A stretch of 64,000 nucleotides of DNA from a virus (IMGVR_UViG_3300046791_000499:64001-128000), one strand, 5' to 3'. Shown: positions 1-8,656, counted from the first letter of the stretch. Notes: generated from the sequence alone by a model not told the origin. Program-made: numbers and translations.

Positions 1-72
1 GCCAACCGTGCCACTAGAGCGTATTTCGGCGGCTCCCGCGACAACCGTTCCGGGAACTGTTAGGCTGGCCGT

Positions 73-510
73 GTGACCCGCGAAGATCTGGTTCTAGCCG
101 CACTGGCACCCGCGCGAGGGCACCAGTTCACGCCCGTGCAGGTGCAGAAGTTGTTTTTCCTCATCGACAAACGCGCGGCGGCGGATGTTGGGGGGCCGCA
201 CTTCGAGTTCAGGCCGTACGACTACGGGCCGTTCGACTCGAATGTCTACGTGGCCATCGAAGCCTTGGCAGCCCGAGGGCTCGCTGCCGTTCACCGTCCC
301 CCAGAATTTCGGATGAAAAAGTTCCGTCTCACGCAGGATGGTCAAGCACGCGGCGACGAGGTGTTCCAGAGTCTGCCACCGGGCGTGCAGGACTTCATGA
401 CGCGAGCCTGCGACTTCGTTCGGAACACGCCTTTCGCCGAACTCGTATCTGCTATCTACAAAGCATATCCTGAAATGCGCGAGCGGAGCGTGTTCCGCGA
501 AATCGGATGA
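73..510 (+). CDS. Panacea/SocA/YwgA-like wHTH protein (putative antitoxin)
   Basis: Motifs 'VQVQKLFFL', 'FEFRPYDYGPFD' and 'LVSAIYKAYPE'. Confidence 0.7.
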   Translation: MTREDLVLAALAPARGHQFTPVQVQKLFFLIDKRAAADVGGPHFEFRPYDYGPFDSNVYVAIEALAARGLAAVHRPPEFRMKKFRLTQDGQARGDEVFQSLPPGVQDFMTRACDFVRNTPFAELVSAIYKAYPEMRERSVFREIG

Positions 511-1174
511 CCCTTCTCGTAGGCATTCGATGCCACGACGGCAGGTTGACGTCATCGGCGGTGCAATCATCATTGCCGGGACGGGTACAGTTGGACTCGG
601 GCAGCGGTTCACCGCTGCCGCTCAGGATCTCTACGAGAGCAACGGATTCAAGGGCAAAAATCATCTTGAATGGGCAAAGACACTTTGCAGCGCAGGGATC
701 AAGGACTTCGCAGAGACCCAGGCGCCGAAGGGGAGTTACGGAGCACTTGTCGCCTTTCGAACGAAGAAAGGCGAGCATCTTTGCGAATTCCCCGCGGAGG
801 ATTTCCAGCCAGAACTCAAGGAAGACAAGTGCTGGTACGTGTCGATGGGGTCCGGTCAGTCGCTCGCCGACCCTTACCTTGCTTTGATGCGGCTCACGTT
901 TTGGAAGAATGGGGCGCCGTCCCTCGTTGACGGCGTCTTCGCGGCGGCATGGGTCATGAAGCATGCCATCGAAGTCGCGCATGGGCTGATCGGGCCTCCA
1001 ATTCGCATAGCCACACTTACGAAAGACAGCGCTCGGTTGCTGTCTGATGACGAGTTGGAAGAGCATCTAAATCTCGTGGACGAGTCTCTGCGTCACTTCG
1101 CCAGCTTCGCAGAACGGCTGACTAAGTCAGCCGGGACACCTGAGCTTCCTGCGGGCCCACGATCCGGTACGTGA
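507..1174 (+). pseudogene. Proteasome-beta/Ntn-hydrolase-like protease, frameshifted or internally deleted near the 5' end
   Basis: 'MTLLVGIRCHDG' (Thr N-terminus) lies in the 507 frame; the body ('IIIAGTG..GLGQRF', 'YVSMGSGQSLADP', 'IGPPIRIATL') lies in the 530 frame; the usual 'VVxAAD...K' segment is missing. Confidence 0.65.
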
Positions 1175-1175
1175 C

Positions 1176-1554
1176 CAACTCACGCCGGCCACGTGCCGCG
1201 TTCCCTGTGCATGCGGACCCACGCCTTGCTGGTCTGCTTGGCAACATTACGCCGGCTAGTCGGTCAGCTTGCGTCGCTTCTCGACCTCGTTCGGGCCGGT
1301 CACTCGAAATAACCACGCTCCGCGGGAGCAGGTCGCCTTCAAGAACCGCGCGCCTTCGTGGCGTCGCCCGGCGTCGCCCGGAGCCCCCTCGGTCACGGTC
1401 AGTCCTACGTCGTATCCCTCGATCGTCCAGGTCACGCCGTCGTACGGAAACGTGCTGCCCACGGGGTGGGCGGCCATGAATTTCTTTTCGTCTGACATCC
1501 GCCGAAGCATAGCCACGCGTCAGGACACGGCTCAAGTCACGCCGGCCACGTGCC
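1176..1554. repeat. 22-bp direct repeat CAA(C/G)TCACGCCGGCCACGTGCC at 1176-1197 and 1533-1554
   Basis: Read directly; on the minus strand it encodes 'GTWPA*', matching the end of the HTH gene at 1833. Confidence 0.9.
1256..1498 (-). CDS. Small hypothetical protein (leaderless)
   Basis: 80-aa ORF MSDEKKF..., with TATGCT 7 nt upstream of the ATG. Confidence 0.6.
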   Translation of the reverse strand: MSDEKKFMAAHPVGSTFPYDGVTWTIEGYDVGLTVTEGAPGDAGRRHEGARFLKATCSRGAWLFRVTGPNEVEKRRKLTD

Positions 1555-1832
1555 CCGCTGCCGATGGTTGAGCGCCCAAGCACCGAGCGGGGAGCGGGGA
1601 ACGTCGAGCAGATCGGGCCCGCCTGCATCGCTCGCATGTGCCCGTGGGCCAGTACGGCGCGAGCTGAACCGCTGTTTCTATGCCCTTGGTGGCGTCGAGC
1701 CGCGCCAGCTAGGCGCTCCCAATGAGCCGGTCGATTCCAATTCCAGCCTCTGGCAAGAGTACGCGACCGCAGCGGATGCGCACTTTGCCGCCAACGAGCA
1801 GTGGCGAAACTGGTGGTCGCGCGCCTGAGCGA

Positions 1833-2306
1833 TCAGACCGGCCATGTTCCGCGCTCGCGGTGCTCGACCACCCACCGACCGAGCGTGCTGCGAGGGATCT
1901 CCAGGAGCCGAGCGGCCCTGCGGATCGAGCCGGCCGCACGGACGATCTGCGCGAGCAGGTCAGCCTCCATGTGGGCCCAGTCGCCGATCGCGATCACGAA
2001 CTCGTCCGGGATGCCGGGCGGATCGACACCCATCGCTCGCATGCCCGCGCCATAGGGCCCGTGAGCAAGCACGGCGCACGCCCCATCGAAGGCCATCCAC
2101 GCGGCTCGGCATGCGTCCTCGTGAGTTTTGAACCCCGCGCGAATGCACGAGCGCCGACCGACGCGGCCGATGTACAGCCAGTGATCCGGGCGCCCGTGCT
2201 CATCATCGAGATCGGCGCCCGTCATGACCTCGAATCCGTGCGGCGGTTCGATGCCGCGGCGATCCGGGAACGGCTTGGTCGCGGGCTTGGGCTTGGGCTT
2301 AGCCAC
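1833..2306 (-). CDS. Protein with C-terminal Fis-type HTH
   Basis: 'GSIRRAARLLEIPRSTLGRWV'. Confidence 0.75.
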   Translation of the reverse strand: MAKPKPKPATKPFPDRRGIEPPHGFEVMTGADLDDEHGRPDHWLYIGRVGRRSCIRAGFKTHEDACRAAWMAFDGACAVLAHGPYGAGMRAMGVDPPGIPDEFVIAIGDWAHMEADLLAQIVRAAGSIRRAARLLEIPRSTLGRWVVEHRERGTWPV

Positions 2307-2646
2307 GGCCAGACTCCACGGCCAGCTGCACGCGCAGGACCCCGACCACCGCGATGAGGATCAACTGCTCGCGCTCGGGCAGACCTCGCACGACCGTGGC
2401 CAGATCATCGGCGACACCATAGTCGTCGCAGAACAGCGCGGGCACAGGCACACCCAAGCCGCACGCGACCTTGACCATCGTGTCGAAGGACGGCGAGAAG
2501 GCCCCCTTCTCCAGCCTGCGCACCGTGTCGTGTGCCACACCGGCGAGGTCGGCTAGGGCTTCCTGCGTCAGCTTCCGATGCTTGCGCATCATGAGCAGGC
2601 GCGCGCCGAGTTGTTCATCTGTGAGGATCCGTTGGCGGTCGATCAT
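2299..2646 (-). CDS. XRE/Cro-CI HTH transcriptional regulator
   Basis: 'LGARLLMMRKHRKLTQEALADLAGVAHDTVRRLEKG..SPSFDT'. Confidence 0.9.
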   Translation of the reverse strand: MIDRQRILTDEQLGARLLMMRKHRKLTQEALADLAGVAHDTVRRLEKGAFSPSFDTMVKVACGLGVPVPALFCDDYGVADDLATVVRGLPEREQLILIAVVGVLRVQLAVESGRG

Positions 2647-2829
2647 GCCGACGTCTTGGGCGGCACATCTGCGGTTGGCCACGTCGGATCGGTGTCGTTG
2701 TCTGCCACAGACCATCTAGCCAAAAGTCCAAGCGCCGCGCCAATAGTCGCGCGAATTCATGACTTCTGTCCCAAAGCCACCTGGCATCGCCGAACTCATC
2801 GAGATCGATTCAGGCAAAGCGGCCGAGGC

Positions 2830-3231
2830 TCACTCGTAGCAGGTGATCGAGCCGTCGGTGTTGCTCTGGCCGTAGTTACAGATGACCACGTAATCGTCGG
2901 GGTCGCAGTCGCCAGCGAGGCCCACGTGCACGCAGATGCCGTCGCTGTTGCAACAATGGATGATCGACGATGCCTGGCTCGGAGGGCACGGCCCGGGAGG
3001 ACAAACCACGCAGCCCTGCGCCGTTCCTCGGAACACGTCGCACCAGTTGTATGGCTCGCGGCCGAGCTTCGCCAACTTCTTCTCGAAGTCGGTAAGCGGG
3101 GGGGCGGGCGCGACTGCTGGCACAGCCTCGACCGGCGGAGCCTCGACGGACTTGACCGCGACCTTCCGGGAGTCACACGCGGTAAAGGTGGCCAGGATCA
3201 GAAGCGCGGCGGTGATGATGCGGGTGTGCAT
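2830..3231 (-). CDS. Cys-rich lipoprotein
   Basis: Signal peptide with lipobox FTAC, Pro-rich linker, Cys-rich C-terminal domain. Confidence 0.75.
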   Translation of the reverse strand: MHTRIITAALLILATFTACDSRKVAVKSVEAPPVEAVPAVAPAPPLTDFEKKLAKLGREPYNWCDVFRGTAQGCVVCPPGPCPPSQASSIIHCCNSDGICVHVGLAGDCDPDDYVVICNYGQSNTDGSITCYE

Positions 3232-3267
3232 GGTGGGGCGCATCATCGCCCCACCTGGGCCCGCGGG

Positions 3268-3993
3268 CTACTGCTGATCGTACCGAGCTTCGGCGCGGAG
3301 ACCGTCTAGCTCTGGCGGGATCAGCACGGATGCGTCGCAGTTGATCTTGATCGGCTCGATCTCACCATCGCCAACCCGCTTGTCCCGGGAAAGCTCACGC
3401 TTGACCAGCCAGTTGAGTCCTTCCGCGATCGCTTCATTGTTCTTGCAGTGCCTGGTCTGCTCGTCGCCGAGCCACCGGATCGTCAGCCCGAGGTTGCGGC
3501 GCATCGCTCGCTCCTTGTCGGCCTCGGCCTTCTCGAGTTTCGCCTGTCGTTCCTCGAGTTCGCTAACGTCGACAGCGGTCTGGGCTGCCATGATCTTGGC
3601 CTCGGCGATGTCGTCCGCGGACGTCAGGCTGGGTCCACCGATCGTGATCCCCAGCGACGCAAGGACTGCAGCAACGACCGGGAGCCAACCATTGCGAGGT
3701 CCGCCACCTCCGCCACCGGAGGCTGCATCTAGAAGACGATCCCTGAGAACTCGGAAGACCAGGGCTCCATCGTTCATCCGTTTGAGCTGCTCCGATGTTG
3801 GGGTCTCGCCTCGATCAACGGCGCGCCCAATCTCGGCACTGGCCTTGAAGGCGTCCTCGATCAGCGCGGATGGCGATCGGATGGACTCGCCGGGATGCGG
3901 CGCATCTTCTTCGGGTGTGGTTACTGCGCGCTTGAACGAACGACGCCGGCCACTCGATAGATCGATTGGTGCGGTGTCGTCGTCACGTGGCAC
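3268..3993 (-). CDS. Single-pass membrane protein with coiled coil (possibly lysis-related)
   Basis: Central TM segment 'WLPVVAAVLASLGITIGG' followed by a heptad-rich region. Confidence 0.6.
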   Translation of the reverse strand: MPRDDDTAPIDLSSGRRRSFKRAVTTPEEDAPHPGESIRSPSALIEDAFKASAEIGRAVDRGETPTSEQLKRMNDGALVFRVLRDRLLDAASGGGGGGPRNGWLPVVAAVLASLGITIGGPSLTSADDIAEAKIMAAQTAVDVSELEERQAKLEKAEADKERAMRRNLGLTIRWLGDEQTRHCKNNEAIAEGLNWLVKRELSRDKRVGDGEIEPIKINCDASVLIPPELDGLRAEARYDQQ

Positions 3994-4102
3994 GCGGCCA
4001 GGGTAGCCCACAGGTGGGGTCGCCGTCACGTGTGAGTCTCCCACTGCCTGTCAAGCGATGATTATCCCGGCGAACGCGAAGGGCCACGCAAGGGGAGCCG
4101 GC

Positions 4103-4435
4103 TCACGGAGGAGGCACCCACGGCTTGGCGCTGCCGTCGTTGAACGTCTCGGGAGGCACGCGACGCGGAAGCACTGACCGCTCGGCTCCGCACTTGTGGC
4201 AGTCGGGTGTCGGCGCGGCTTCGGCCCAGTCTGGGATTGCGGCAACGTGCATGGCTTGGTACCCGCACGCCGTGCATTGCCCCGGGTAGGATAGCCATTC
4301 GGTCCCCGGCCACGGTCGGCGCTCCGCCATGTTGATGATGTCGGCGCCGCCGTGCCGGTTGGGATCGGTCCATTCGACCAGCACCGCAACACACTCGGCC
4401 AGCGCCTCGGCGTCTTCGTCGTCTTCGTCGATCAC
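4103..4435 (-). CDS. Zn-ribbon protein
   Basis: CTAC and CHKC pairs. Confidence 0.6.
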   Translation of the reverse strand: MIDEDDEDAEALAECVAVLVEWTDPNRHGGADIINMAERRPWPGTEWLSYPGQCTACGYQAMHVAAIPDWAEAAPTPDCHKCGAERSVLPRRVPPETFNDGSAKPWVPPP

Positions 4436-4447
4436 GGATCCCCAAGA

Positions 4448-4642
4448 CTAGTCGCCGGTGGAAGCATCGACGGCAGCAACCCCGAGTTCGACGTCACCAA
4501 CCGCGCCGCTCGCCGCCTCGGCCGTGAAGTCGCCTTTGCGAGCCCGCTTGCGTGTCTTGGCCACGCTACGCTCACAGAACTGTTCCCAGTGGGCACAATT
4601 CTCACCCTCACACCACAAAGTAATCTCGCGCGTATAGCTCAC
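4448..4642 (-). CDS. Small Cys protein whose C-terminus is a copy of baseplate wedge residues
   Basis: 'LWCEGENC...ARKG' followed by 'DFTAEAASGAVGDVELGVAAVDASTGD', identical to part of 13173-14216. Confidence 0.6.
   Translation of the reverse strand: MSYTREITLWCEGENCAHWEQFCERSVAKTRKRARKGDFTAEAASGAVGDVELGVAAVDASTGD
4449..4532. repeat. 84-bp dispersed repeat, copy 1 (copy 2 at 14056-14139); 2 mismatches
   Basis: Direct base-by-base comparison. Confidence 0.95.
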
Positions 4643-4715
4643 AGGTTCGTGTCCTTCAACATGAGTAGTTCGTGGGCTTGGACGCCGAGCACCGATCCAC
4701 GCATACATCGCGGGT

Positions 4716-5492
4716 TCATCGTCGGTTCCACGTACAGCCAGCCAGCGGGACCGGGAGCACAAGATCGGTGCGGAGGGTGGCGAGCTGAAAGCACGTGCGT
4801 GCTGTGTCCTCATAGGCGCGCAGCAAGTTCATGACCTTCGTCGAGGTCACCAGATTTTTCCGCTCGAGCAGGTACTCGAGCGTGCCGTACTCGGCGAGCA
4901 GCTTGGCCGCGGTCTTGGATCCGACCCCCGGGATCCCCGTGTAGTTGTCGGACGTGTCTCCGATCAGGGCGAGCAGGTCCGGGATCCGCTCAGGCGGCAC
5001 GCCGAACTTCTCGACCGATTCATCCGGTCCCCATGTGCGCTTGCGGATCTCGTCGATCATCCGAACCTGGACCGGCTCGTCTCGCACGAGCTGCACCAGA
5101 TCCTTGTCGCCGGAGACGATCGTGACGCGCATGCCCTCGGCTACGGCTGCCGCAACGTAGGTAGCGATCATGTCGTCGGCCTCGTGGTCAGAGGCCGGGA
5201 TGCTGAGCGCCATTTTCCAAAAGCTGCACTGCCTCCGGCAGCCGAGCAGGACTTCGTTGAGACCCTCGGGTCGCGGAGGTCGGTTGGCCTTGTACGTCGG
5301 CCAGATCGAGCGGCGCCAGTTCGAGGAGTTGTCGAAGGGGTCGAACACGGCGACCGCATGTGTGGGCTCGTACCGGATCCGGTAGCGCCCGAGCGCGGAG
5401 CTGAATGCCTCCTCTGGCGGACGGTCAGTCGCGACGTGGAAGTAGCGGCGAGCCGCGTTGTCGCCGTCGACGACGAGCAGGTGTCCGGTCAT
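4716..5492 (-). CDS. 5'-3' exonuclease / flap endonuclease (Pol I N-terminal-like)
   Basis: 'LLVVDGDN', 'YKANRP', 'HEADDMIA', 'SGDKDLVQL', 'GDTSDNYTGIPGVGSKTA'. Confidence 0.95.
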   Translation of the reverse strand: MTGHLLVVDGDNAARRYFHVATDRPPEEAFSSALGRYRIRYEPTHAVAVFDPFDNSSNWRRSIWPTYKANRPPRPEGLNEVLLGCRRQCSFWKMALSIPASDHEADDMIATYVAAAVAEGMRVTIVSGDKDLVQLVRDEPVQVRMIDEIRKRTWGPDESVEKFGVPPERIPDLLALIGDTSDNYTGIPGVGSKTAAKLLAEYGTLEYLLERKNLVTSTKVMNLLRAYEDTARTCFQLATLRTDLVLPVPLAGCTWNRR

Positions 5493-5824
5493 GGCAGATC
5501 CTTGGCTTCGCGGATCTGCGTGGGTGAAACGATACCGGCCGTGATCATCGCGGCGTAGAAGTCGAACCCCTGGCTCACGAGCCCAACCGTGAACGCAACG
5601 TCGGCCGGCGCGACGACCCATTCGCCGAGCGACTCGGTCTCGAACCGGAGCAGCGTCCACAGGTTGCCCTTGACCACCTTGACCTCGTGCACCTTGAACA
5701 ACCCGGTGAAGTGCCGGATCCGCTGGACCGCGCACGGGCCCGTATCGTGGATCGCCCACGTCCAGCACGCGGGCAGCGGCACGCGTTCGAGTTCGTCGAG
5801 GGTCCATTGTCTGGTGCTGGTCAC
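5489..5824 (-). CDS. Hypothetical protein
   Basis: ORF coupled by ATGA overlap to the exonuclease; the upstream extension in the ORF track is tRNA antisense. Confidence 0.6.
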   Translation of the reverse strand: MTSTRQWTLDELERVPLPACWTWAIHDTGPCAVQRIRHFTGLFKVHEVKVVKGNLWTLLRFETESLGEWVVAPADVAFTVGLVSQGFDFYAAMITAGIVSPTQIREAKDLP

Positions 5825-5901
5825 GGGCGTGCTGACCGGACCCAAGCCAGCGGCATTCCCCGACGGCTTGCCCGATGTCCTGGTGCGTGATACGACTTGC
5901 C

Positions 5902-5976
5902 CGTGGGGTAGAGCAGCTAGGTAGCTCGCTGGGCTCATAATCCAGAGGTCGCTCGGTTCAAATCCGGTCCCCGCAA
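5902..5976 (+). tRNA. tRNA-Met(CAT), initiator type
   Basis: Cloverleaf with D arm GAGC..GCTC, anticodon loop CTCATAA, GGTTCAAATCC T loop, C1:A72 mismatch; no encoded CCA. Confidence 0.88.
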
Positions 5977-5992
5977 TCACCCAAAAATGAAA

Positions 5993-6036
5993 GACCCCGG
6001 TAGGCCCGCGAACGTGGCGGACAACCTACCGGGGTC
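5993..6036 (-). terminator. Intrinsic terminator hairpin between the tRNA and a convergent gene
   Basis: 12-bp inverted repeat GACCCCGGTAGG/CCTACCGGGGTC with a T-rich tract following on the minus strand. Confidence 0.7.
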
Positions 6037-6059
6037 GATGTTTGTGGACGGTGTGGCGA

Positions 6060-6782
6060 TCACTTCGGCGGCTGGCAGAACGCCATCTCGGGCTTCGCCG
6101 GGAACGGGTTCGGCCCGCCATCGGCCGGGAGGATGCCGCGGGTGATCAGGTTCGCCACGGTGTCATAGTAGAGCACGTGGACCTCGGCGGGCGTCTCGGT
6201 GGCGCGGTCGAAATTGGTCGTGGTGACCTTGCTCTCGACCGTCTCGCCGAAGCCTGTCCCAGTCGAGCGGGTTGGGCTCGCGTCGAGGCTGGCGTGATCG
6301 ATGCCGCCTCCGCCAAAACTCTGGCCACGCACTCCACTGCCGCGAGGCATGCTTGCGCCCATTGGAAACGCCGCTGGAGTCGGGGTTGCCATCATCCTCA
6401 TGACGGGCTGCTTCTCCTCGAACACGGCGCATCCGACCACGCCGACGTTCGAGCCGTCGCCGGTCTTGGCCGCGTAGCTCTCGCCAACGTCGACAAGCCG
6501 AAAGGCCGCGACCTCGGACATGCTCGTGCGCCAGCCCTTGAAGGCGTAGTAGGAGTTGCCCTGGATGACCATCGCCTCGCCGTCGGGATCCCCAGGCTTC
6601 CCGTCGAGCACGTTCTTGCCGTCGATGGTCACCACGACCGCGATGCGCCGCCAACCGTTGTTGGTGACCACGAGGTTGTAGCGCTGGTCGAGTTTGCCAC
6701 CGAGGTAGGTTCGGCCGTGTTGGGTTCCGATACGAAGGGGCTCACCCTCCGCGGCTTCGAGTTTGATGCTGACGAGTGACAT
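6060..6782 (-). CDS. Conserved beta-sandwich hypothetical protein
   Basis: 'VVTIDGKNVLDGKPG', 'GWRTSMSEVAAFR', 'NVGVVGCAVFEEK', 'GTGFGE' match a family I recognise, function unknown. Confidence 0.75.
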   Translation of the reverse strand: MSLVSIKLEAAEGEPLRIGTQHGRTYLGGKLDQRYNLVVTNNGWRRIAVVVTIDGKNVLDGKPGDPDGEAMVIQGNSYYAFKGWRTSMSEVAAFRLVDVGESYAAKTGDGSNVGVVGCAVFEEKQPVMRMMATPTPAAFPMGASMPRGSGVRGQSFGGGGIDHASLDASPTRSTGTGFGETVESKVTTTNFDRATETPAEVHVLYYDTVANLITRGILPADGGPNPFPAKPEMAFCQPPK

Positions 6783-7035
6783 GGTGCCGGCGTGACCAGC
6801 GTGCGGGCTCGGACATTCCCACCGGAATACGGATCCGCGCGGGCCGGTCGGGCAGGTATGAGCACCCAAGACACAACCTGACGGGAATGCGCGGCGGCGC
6901 TGGCGGTTGACCGGTCTCCATCCCGGAGCACCAGCCCAAGGAGTCCGTCATGCGCAGCTAGTCACCAGCGGAGGTTCAACCCCAAAGCTCAGTACGCACC
7001 GACGGGCATGGTCGGCGAGCGCCTGAGCTTCGGGC

Positions 7036-7287
7036 GTGATGCGGATCCTCTACGAGCGACACCAGGACATCGGCCCCAACGAGGTGCGCGAATACAGCGT
7101 CGAGGAGATCGTGAACCTTGGCTGCAAGGACGGCCGCGACGTGGTGGCGACCGCCGAGATCCTCGCTCGCCTCGTCGACACGCTCACATCCCGCGGGCTG
7201 CTCACGGCTGACGACATCGACACCATCGCGTTCGGGTATTCGGGCTCGCCGGGGCGCGTCATCGGATTCGTGCCCGAGGATCGGTGA
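7036..7287 (+). CDS. Hypothetical protein
   Basis: 83-aa ORF with GC3-biased codons. Confidence 0.6.
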   Translation: MMRILYERHQDIGPNEVREYSVEEIVNLGCKDGRDVVATAEILARLVDTLTSRGLLTADDIDTIAFGYSGSPGRVIGFVPEDR

Positions 7288-7291
7288 CCGC

Positions 7292-8392
7292 ATGGCCGAG
7301 CCTCCGAGCAGCGTGTGGCGTTTTTCCGGCGGCTGGCTGCTGTGGCGCGTCGCCGACGAGATCGACAGACGACAAGCGACTATCGTCCCGGGCTCGCGGC
7401 CCTGCCGTGCGTGCGGAGGCCGTGGGACATTTGCGGAGTGGGGGCAACAGGAGGTTGGGTTCCTGTTGCCCGATGCCACGGGATTGCCCAGGAGCCTCGC
7501 CGACCGCGAGACGATCATCGGCCGAGAGATCCGGTGGGACCGGGTACTCGTGTGTGATTGCGTGTTTCCGTTTTCGTCGCCAGACATCCGCCCGGAATGC
7601 CCGACGCGTCCAGACACGGTCTCGCTCGCGTGGCTCGTGGGGTTCCTCGCCGAGCTGCCCAAGCCAGCATTCGATTGGCCGGCTCAGTGGCTCGTCGATC
7701 TCGACTGGCGCGAAGCCCAAGGCGATGACTCATGGCAGGCTGTTTGGTGGGCGGAGTTCATGGCCTGGACGCGCGGTGCGGCGATCGACGTCGACCGTCT
7801 CCAGCGTGCGCTCGATGATGCTTACCTCGCGGAGCGTTTGAAACTCGCTCACGCGAACCGGCAGCCGTCGATCGCCGCAGCCGTTCGAGCGGTCGTGGGC
7901 GTGACGAGTGTCTGCGTGCTCGAGAACCGGGTCAGCGGGGACCCGGCCGAACGCTCACTCGAAGTACTCGTTGAAGGCGGCGAGGACGAAGCCGTTGCCG
8001 CGGCGATCTACTCGTCGATGCATCGGGGCATTCCGCTCATCGGCACGGTCTCGGTGATCCTCGAAGGTTCCCCAGCGCTCGGGCTCTGGGATGACTCATG
8101 GGCGGAGGTCAGGTTTTCGCGGCCGTCGTTCTCGGTCGTGTCGCATGGTGGCCTGGACGTCACGTGGACCGCTCACAACGTGGCCGTGATCAAACCGATC
8201 GCGGCCCAGGGCTGGAACTACTGGGGCTACTCGCTGGCGATCGATGAAGAGGTTGTCACCGTCATGTCCACGCCTGGCATGGATGTGTGCGCGCTGCTGC
8301 GCGATGGCATCTACCAGAACCCGGTGCTGGCCAACCGGGTGACCGCGGTCGCGGACAGCAGGACCCTCACCCTGACCAGGGTCGACGGCTAG
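7292..8392 (+). CDS. Chimeric protein: Zn finger + TIGR02996-like motif + baseplate-J fragment + sheath-like domain
   Basis: CRACGGRG; 'DLDWREAQGD'; 'IAAAVRAVVGVTSVCVLEN...LEVLVEGGEDEAVAAAIY...VRFSRP' aligns with 14219-15427. Confidence 0.8.
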   Translation: MAEPPSSVWRFSGGWLLWRVADEIDRRQATIVPGSRPCRACGGRGTFAEWGQQEVGFLLPDATGLPRSLADRETIIGREIRWDRVLVCDCVFPFSSPDIRPECPTRPDTVSLAWLVGFLAELPKPAFDWPAQWLVDLDWREAQGDDSWQAVWWAEFMAWTRGAAIDVDRLQRALDDAYLAERLKLAHANRQPSIAAAVRAVVGVTSVCVLENRVSGDPAERSLEVLVEGGEDEAVAAAIYSSMHRGIPLIGTVSVILEGSPALGLWDDSWAEVRFSRPSFSVVSHGGLDVTWTAHNVAVIKPIAAQGWNYWGYSLAIDEEVVTVMSTPGMDVCALLRDGIYQNPVLANRVTAVADSRTLTLTRVDG

Positions 8393-8656
8393 TCCCGGAG
8401 CAGGTCGAGCAACCCGTTGAGCACCGCGCTCGCGATGTAGCTCAGCACCACCGCGATCGCACAGCAGGCCGCAGCGTCTCGCACCCGGTGACGGATGACC
8501 ATCTGCGGGGACATGCGCTCGGCCGGCATCGATCGAGCATGGGCCAGCCGTACTGCTGAGTCCGACGAAAAGATGTCGGCACTCCAGATAGGTGACCCGG
8601 GGCGGACGAATCCACCCCGGGTCTTCGGGTCGATCGGACGGTCACCCGCCCGCACC

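Noticed and set aside
5902-5979. tRNA as the prophage attachment site
   Set aside because: Phage-like genes lie on both sides, and I saw no duplicated tRNA 3' end or integrase
5825-5980. N-terminal extension 'MIAGTGFEPSDLWIMSP' of ORF 5489-5980
   Set aside because: It is the antisense translation of the tRNA-Met
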